Of a DNA stretch of 64,000 nucleotides, positions 57,330 through 64,000 are shown piece by piece. This stretch comes from Octopus vulgaris (taxonomy: Eukaryota), in NCBI GenBank assembly GCA_951406725.2, contig OX597817.1:76818001-76882000 (forward strand), written 5' to 3'. The notes under the pieces are model-generated. The model had not been told where the DNA came from, searched no databases, and saw nothing but the letters and a program-made list of their open reading frames with translations. Within the stretch, counting starts at the first letter, position 1. The number at the start of each line of letters is the position of its first letter. A program made the position numbers and the translations under genes.

Positions 57330-57700
57330 ATAGCTTTAAATTTTGGCAAAGCGCCATCAGTTTTTGATGGGAGGGTGAAGTCGATCCAGTATTTGACTTG
57401 CACTTATTTTATCGACCCAAAATGATAAATAGCAAGGTCGATCTCGCCGGAATTTGAACTCCGAACATAATCAGCCAAAAGAAATTTTGTTAAGCGTTTG
57501 GCCCGGCGTGTTAACAATTTTCCCTGTTCGCTACCTTTAATGGTTTCTAATTTAGGCTGAAGCCCGCAATTTTAGGGATAGGGATTAATCGATACCATTG
57601 ATATCCCTACTTGATCAGTACTTTATTTTACTAATCGATCCCTAATGAATGAAAGGTAAACTTGACCTCGATGAAATTTGATCTCAGAACATAAAGAGTA
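57330..57700 (-). mobile_element. Two adjacent SINE family B copies
   Basis: Repeated aggtcga.ctcg...gaatttga.ctc.gaacata motif at ~57435-57470 and ~57655-57692. Confidence 0.7.
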
Positions 57701-58902
57701 GAATAATACCCTGGTGTCGTGTCGTTTAGCTTTCATTGGATGTACATAAATCTATGTTTCTACTGCAATCTGCAGCGATATTCTGAACATAATAACTTGG
57801 ACCTATATATTGTTAGGTGAGACTAAACAACGTTTATGTTTTGTATATGTATCGATACGAAGGGTGGTAACATGGCCATGTTATCCAGTAAATGTATATA
57901 TATCCCCATAGAGATAAGTTAAGATGTTCAGAGCCCATTTGCTGTAATCGGTTTCCTGATCCAGTCGAAAACTCTAACCCCCTTGTTGGTGGATTCTAGT
58001 AGTTAGAGCATTAGGCTAGAGTTATTTATGTCTGAAATGCGATTTCTGGATTTCCGTTACTGTAATGTATCCTTCTAATAAAACAAGGGCCAACCGGATC
58101 CAAATGAGATTACGTCAATGGGGAGTCTTGTGTTTCACGCCGCGTAAACAATGACAACAGGACAATCACCAGTTCAATGACACTTCTTGTAGAAATACAC
58201 TTATACATACATACATTGCTATGTATACATAAATATAATATAGAGTATAAATATAGTTTACCTCTATAAATTTTCAATAGAATTCGGAGCCATCAAGCAA
58301 GTTACTATGTAGACGTATTCGCATACGAAACGATGTAATTTACAGTGTTGGTTCTGGATTCTTGGAAAATTTATAGTTAAGCTTCATCCTGAGACAGTTA
58401 CTCAACTTAACAACTTAACAATAATTACCAGAGGAAATCTAATATTTTACTCCAGAAATATGTATGTATCTAAGTATGTATTCCATTATTTAGTTTTATT
58501 TCAATATTTCTCGTTAATAGAGGAGTAGTCACTTTCTAACCTAAATACAAAACTTCTTCATTGGAATTTCAACATCAACAATAGGGTTTTTTTGTTTGTA
58601 TGCATACGTGCAGATTTGTATGTTTTTGTTTTATGCATGTTTTCTCATAGATATACTTGTATATCTAAACGTGTTCATATATACTCAAATGATAAACTTC
58701 TGGAAAGTTTTAGAAATTTTTACAGTTCCAATGATGGATTGGATCTGTAGTCTCGGAACCAGCTTTCCCCTTCCTGATTTTGAGAAGCTAAATTTCTCAA
58801 AATTGGTATTTTGGCAGTGTTCCATATCCCAGTGTCCCAATATTTACAGGTATAAACTTGAACTTGTAACCTGCATGGAGTAACTGGAGATTTTAATCTA
58901 TG

Positions 58903-58936
<34 letters not shown>

Positions 58937-59055
58937 TGTATGTATGTATGTATGTATGTATGCATGTATGCATGCATATATGTATGTATATATGAATGTT
59001 TGTATGTATGTATGTATGTATGTATGTATGTATGTATGTATATGTATGTATGTAA

Positions 59056-59471
59056 ACTCTTTACTCTTTTACTCTTTTACTTGTTTCAGTCATTTGACTG
59101 CGGCCATGCTGCACCCCCGCCTTTAATCGAGCAAATCAACCCCAGGATTTATTCTTTGTAAGCCTAGTACTTATTATATCGGTCTCTTTTGCCGAGACGC
59201 TAGTTTAAGGGGACGTAAACACACCAGCATCGGTTGTCTAGCGTTATTGGGGGGACAAACACGGACACAGAAACACACAAGTATATATATATAAATATAC
59301 TTACATACGACGGGCTTCTTTCAGTTTCCGTCTACCAAATCCACTCACAAGGCTTTGGTCGGCCCGAGGCTATAGTAGAAGACAATTGTCCAAGGTGCCA
59401 CGCAGTGGGACTGAACCCGGAACCATGTGGCTGGTAAGCAAGCTACTTACCACACAGTCACTCCTGCGCCT
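59056..59471 (-). mobile_element. SINE family A, full-length copy
   Basis: Reverse complement of 33521-33927, including head and (GTAAAAGA)n tail. Confidence 0.9.
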
Positions 59472-59755
59472 GTATGTATGTATCTCTCTCTCTCTCTTTC
59501 TCTATCTGTCTGTCTATCTATCTATCTAGCTATGAACTCATTAGCGTTAATGGCCATCGAACAGCTGGGCGAGAGATGCCCCTAGTCTTTGTTTAGAAGG
59601 AAATTCTGAAATAACAGCCACCTAATTGCAAAACCGGAGATCTTGCTTTTGCATGTTTGTTGTTTATTTAGCCAACTATGTAACAATCTTAGAAATTTTG
59701 AATTTTAGCACAGGTATTGCTGACAACCATTGTCTTTAATATCTAGGATACGATA

Positions 59756-59950
59756 AGGCGGTGAGCTAACAGAATCGTTAGCACACTCCGCAAAACGTTC
59801 GTCCATTTTTACGTGCTGAGTTGAAATTCTACCGAAGTCGATTTTGTCTTTCATCCTTTCACGTTCAATTAAATAACCGATGGAGCAGTGAGGTCGATGT
59901 AATCGACTTACCCTTCCCTTGAAATATTGCTGACCTTGTGCCAAAATGTC
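59756..59950 (+). mobile_element. SINE family B
   Basis: aggcggtgagctaacagaatcgttagcac...gagttgaaattctaccgaagtcga...tttcatcctttc. B-box-like motif; eight or more homologues in the window. Confidence 0.78.
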
Positions 59951-60295
59951 AAATCAATACCTACATTAATATAATTTGTCAGTGATGGTCACACTCATCT
60001 ACGAATTAACAGCCACCATGTATGTATGTATGCATGTATGTATGAATGTATGTATGTGTGTAGGTATGTTTGTATGAATGCATGTATGTATGTATGTTTG
60101 CATGTATGTATGTACGCACGTATAAATATGACGTACGTAGGTATGCATGTGTGTATTGATATATGTGTGTATGAATGGATAGCCACGTGGATGAATGCAT
60201 GATTGCATGTATGTTGAATGCATGTAATAATAATAATGATAATATATATATATGCATGTATGTATATGTATATGTATGTATGTATATATATATAT

Positions 60296-60348
<53 letters not shown>

Positions 60349-61821
60349 TACAGGCATACATGTATGTATATGTGTGTGTATGTATGTTTGCATGTATGTA
60401 TGTGTGCGAATGGAAGTATTTATCTATAATTGTACATAAATCAATTTCTTACTAAAATAATTTCGTGATAACAGAAATAAATCACAATGGAAAATAATTT
60501 AAATGAATTAATAAAAACAAGTTTCACGAATTTTAAAGATAATGAAAATGCGAAACCCCATAAAAGCTAAGAAAGAGACTGCATATCTTTCAGGTTTGCA
60601 GTAATATTTGTCTCTAAACAAAGATTATCAAGGCTAAAATGTTACACAATGCGCAGACATCCATGAACATGCATTTATGCGTGCATTTGTGTGGGTGCGG
60701 CGGGACGTAAGACGTTGCGCATGCGTACATGCATTTAAGGGGCGGTTCTTGACAGAATATACGTATGGTACGACATATTTTTTTTCTGAGAAAATTTGAA
60801 TAAACAAGCCTAATTTTCCTTATCAAGAACAGCATTGGTTTATTTCTGAGAAACATGGGCTGCGATGTCATGTTCGTTTTAAGTATTGATTGCAGGCAGG
60901 ATACTTGATTGTCCATGCCCCTACTGTCAACTTGCTGTGGGGAACAATAGCCAGAGTTTCATGACAGAAATATCTACAATATCAACAGTTCACATTCTAT
61001 GGAAAATTTTGGTCTCTAGAAAAGTATTTTAACCGAAACTTGTCTTGGATGCCAGGGAATAGCAAAAATGGTTATTTTCTTTCATTCTTTTATTAGTTCC
61101 CGTCTTTAGATAGTGGCTATGCTGGGATACCAATTTCTATGGTATTTTAGTTACATCATATTGACATTAGCACATATTTCATTGATGCATATTTGCCCAA
61201 ACGATCAGCTACAGTACATATCGTCACTGAAGTATAAGCAGCGCCTGTTGTATTCTATAAACATAGACAGCTGCGTACACATTCAAAGAGTCACATATTT
61301 ATGATTACCATACGATTTCTGTTTGCAGTAATGAACTTTATCCTCGATCTCAGGCCCAGCGCCAGGGTATTCAATGTTAGGCCAAACTTATGTGCGTCCC
61401 ATTCTTCCAAGCGTAGAGAGAAATTCCTTCTCCATTTTTTCTAAAATATTCTCCCACGTCATTCCCAAAATGTTTTAATCAGCATTCCACTCCCATCATT
61501 CGCATTCATTTCATCAGGTAAAAAATATAGTTGAAATATAATTAATTTGAAAGCAAGAAATCTACATAGTCTTATAATTCGCATATCACGGAGTAAATCA
61601 CAAGGCAAAATTTCAAAAAATTTAACAGTTCATAATTTACCACACTCCTCTCGATACCCTCGCACCCAACTATATTCTCCATACTTTGTTCCGAGAGTAT
61701 AAACCCCCAGTTCTTACTCTCTTACTTCGATGTTAAATTTGCGTGCAGTTACAGAAACTTTTAAACTTATTTGTGCCCCACCCTTACTTAGCACTCGAGG
61801 CGAACCACGGGCCCTAATCAA

Positions 61822-61958
<137 letters not shown>

Positions 61959-62199
61959 CTTGCAGACAGTTTTTCGAAATCAGTGACGGAAGTTACTAGA
62001 AAAACAATAAGCATTTGCAAACAGGTCTCCCTTTCATCGTAAACCGGTGACTACCGTACGCCGAAGACTGGCAAATAGCTAGAAACTGCAGTCCGTGCGT
62101 GTCATTTAGGTTTACGAGAGAGGGATGACCTCCCTTTGCAAATACCATAAGGGCACAGAAAGTGTGCCTAAAGCCAGCTGGAGACGATGATCTCCTGGG

Positions 62200-62295
62200 G
62201 CTAACAGCTACAGTAACACCCACCCTTAGTGGTTAGCCACTTTGGGATGGCTAGTATATTTTACGTTGTCGAGCAGTTACTGTTTACATCTCGTT
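62200..62295 (+). mobile_element. Fragment related to Helitron 51468-51860
   Basis: agctacagtaaca.cc..cctt.gtggttagcca..ttg.gatggcta.tata is shared with 51737-51790. Confidence 0.65.
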
Positions 62296-62324
62296 CAGAG
62301 ATTTATTATTGCTATATATATTCT

Positions 62325-62727
62325 GTTATTATTTTACGTGTTTCAATCATTTGACTACGGCCTTGCTGGAGCATCGCCTTAAAGAGTTTTAGACGAAACC
62401 AGGATTTATTCTTTGTAAGCCTAGCACTTATTCTATAAATCTTGTTTGCCAATCCACTAAGTTACGGACATGTAAACATACCAACATTTGTTATCAAGTG
62501 ATGCTAGGAGACGAACGCAAACACACATACACGAATACATACATGCATACACATACACACACACATATATATATATATTTCAGTTTCTGTCTACCAAATC
62601 CACTCACAAGGCTTTGGTCGACCCGAGGCTATCGTAGAAGAAACTTGCCCAAGGTGCAATGCAGTGGGACTGAACTTGGAATCTGGTGGCTGGAAGCAAG
62701 CTTCTTACCACAAAACCATGCCAGCCC
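62325..62727 (-). mobile_element. SINE family A, near full length, diverged
   Basis: tctaccaaatccactcacaaggctttggtcgacccgaggctat...gcagtgggactgaac. Confidence 0.85.
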
Positions 62728-62776
62728 CTATGTATGCATGTATGTGTACACACACACACATATATATATATATATG

Positions 62777-62923
<147 letters not shown>

Positions 62924-63134
62924 AACAAGTATATTTCGGTCATTTGAGACCTTTTCACTGTAACGATTAAATAATTAAATTTAGAAAAATTAGAAGAAAA
63001 GTTTTTAAAGAATATTTCTGTAGTAGTGTTCAGATATAAAGATTCTGCCTTTCTCTGACTGTCATATATAAATATATATATATATATATCAACTCGTGTG
63101 TTCCTTTCCACCCTATACATATATATATATAAGT

Positions 63135-63430
<296 letters not shown>

Positions 63431-63680
63431 CGGCGTATAGCTCAATGATTAGAGCGTTGGGCTCACAATGTTCGATTCCCGGACAGGCTGTGTGCTGTGT
63501 TCTTGATCAAGAGACCTTATTTCATGTTGCTCCAGCACCGTCACTGGTGCTATGCTGCATCGGCCTTTGCCTTTCGCTTGAATAACATTGGTGGCGTGGA
63601 GGCGCGATGAGGGTATGCATGGGTGACCGTTGGTCTCCCTTATATAACTTTGCCCGGATTTGTGTCCTAGAGGGCATTCA
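63431..63680 (+). mobile_element. tRNA-derived SINE, degenerate
   Basis: A-box tagctcaatga, B-box gttcgattccc, then tgtgttcttgatcaag..ttatttcatgttgctccag as in the 8712-8963 family. Confidence 0.7.
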
Positions 63681-64000
63681 TGACAGAAGTCATTTATGTA
63701 TATCTAAAAGTTATGGCTGGTCATAGAATGACCATTGGATTCGCTCCTATGAAGCGCTTAGCTTTGTATATGTACTACTGACGATATATGACGATACACA
63801 CACATATATATAATTACATACATACATACATACGTACATATATATATATATACATATATACATATGTATATATACACATACATATATAATATATATAGAA
63901 GTATATGTGTGTGCGTATGTGTGTGTATGTAAGTATGTATGTATCTATCTAAATGTATGATAATTTATTTCGCAATGGTAGGGCTCTGTTGAGAAAATTA

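Noticed and set aside
61350-61815. Possible MITE with ggccc/gggccct ends
   Set aside because: The terminal match is too short and there is no second copy in the window.

Overview
AT-rich eukaryotic DNA with very dense microsatellites. It is most likely cephalopod (Octopus-like), which I infer from the SINE types and the (AT)n/(AAT)n/(ATAC)n/(ATCT)n load. I found no host protein-coding exon, true tRNA, rRNA or CRISPR array. Nearly all long ORFs in the track are microsatellite artefacts. The window is a graveyard of mobile elements. (1) At least eight R4/Dong-like non-LTR retrotransposon pieces (RT plus CCHC/PD-D..K restriction-like endonuclease), all on + and mostly abutting (AAT)n, including a stack at 20-29 kb around a ~1.25 kb AAT tract. 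(2) A ~550 bp non-coding element that also sits in or beside AAT tracts. (3) Several Penelope-like (PLE) RT and GIY-YIG remnants, plus short repeats with hammerhead-ribozyme-like cores, including a ~355 bp tandem unit resembling a retrozyme. (4) Three mariner transposase remnants. One (39255-40749) has both TIR ends but a rebuilt right arm made of a 239 bp templated copy of nearby DNA and a 135 bp inverted copy of its own transposase gene. (5) A clean non-autonomous Helitron inserted A|T into a LINE. (6) Many tRNA-derived SINEs. (7) Several long inverted repeats. Boundaries of degenerate elements are approximate, and family names come from motif recognition, not database searches.
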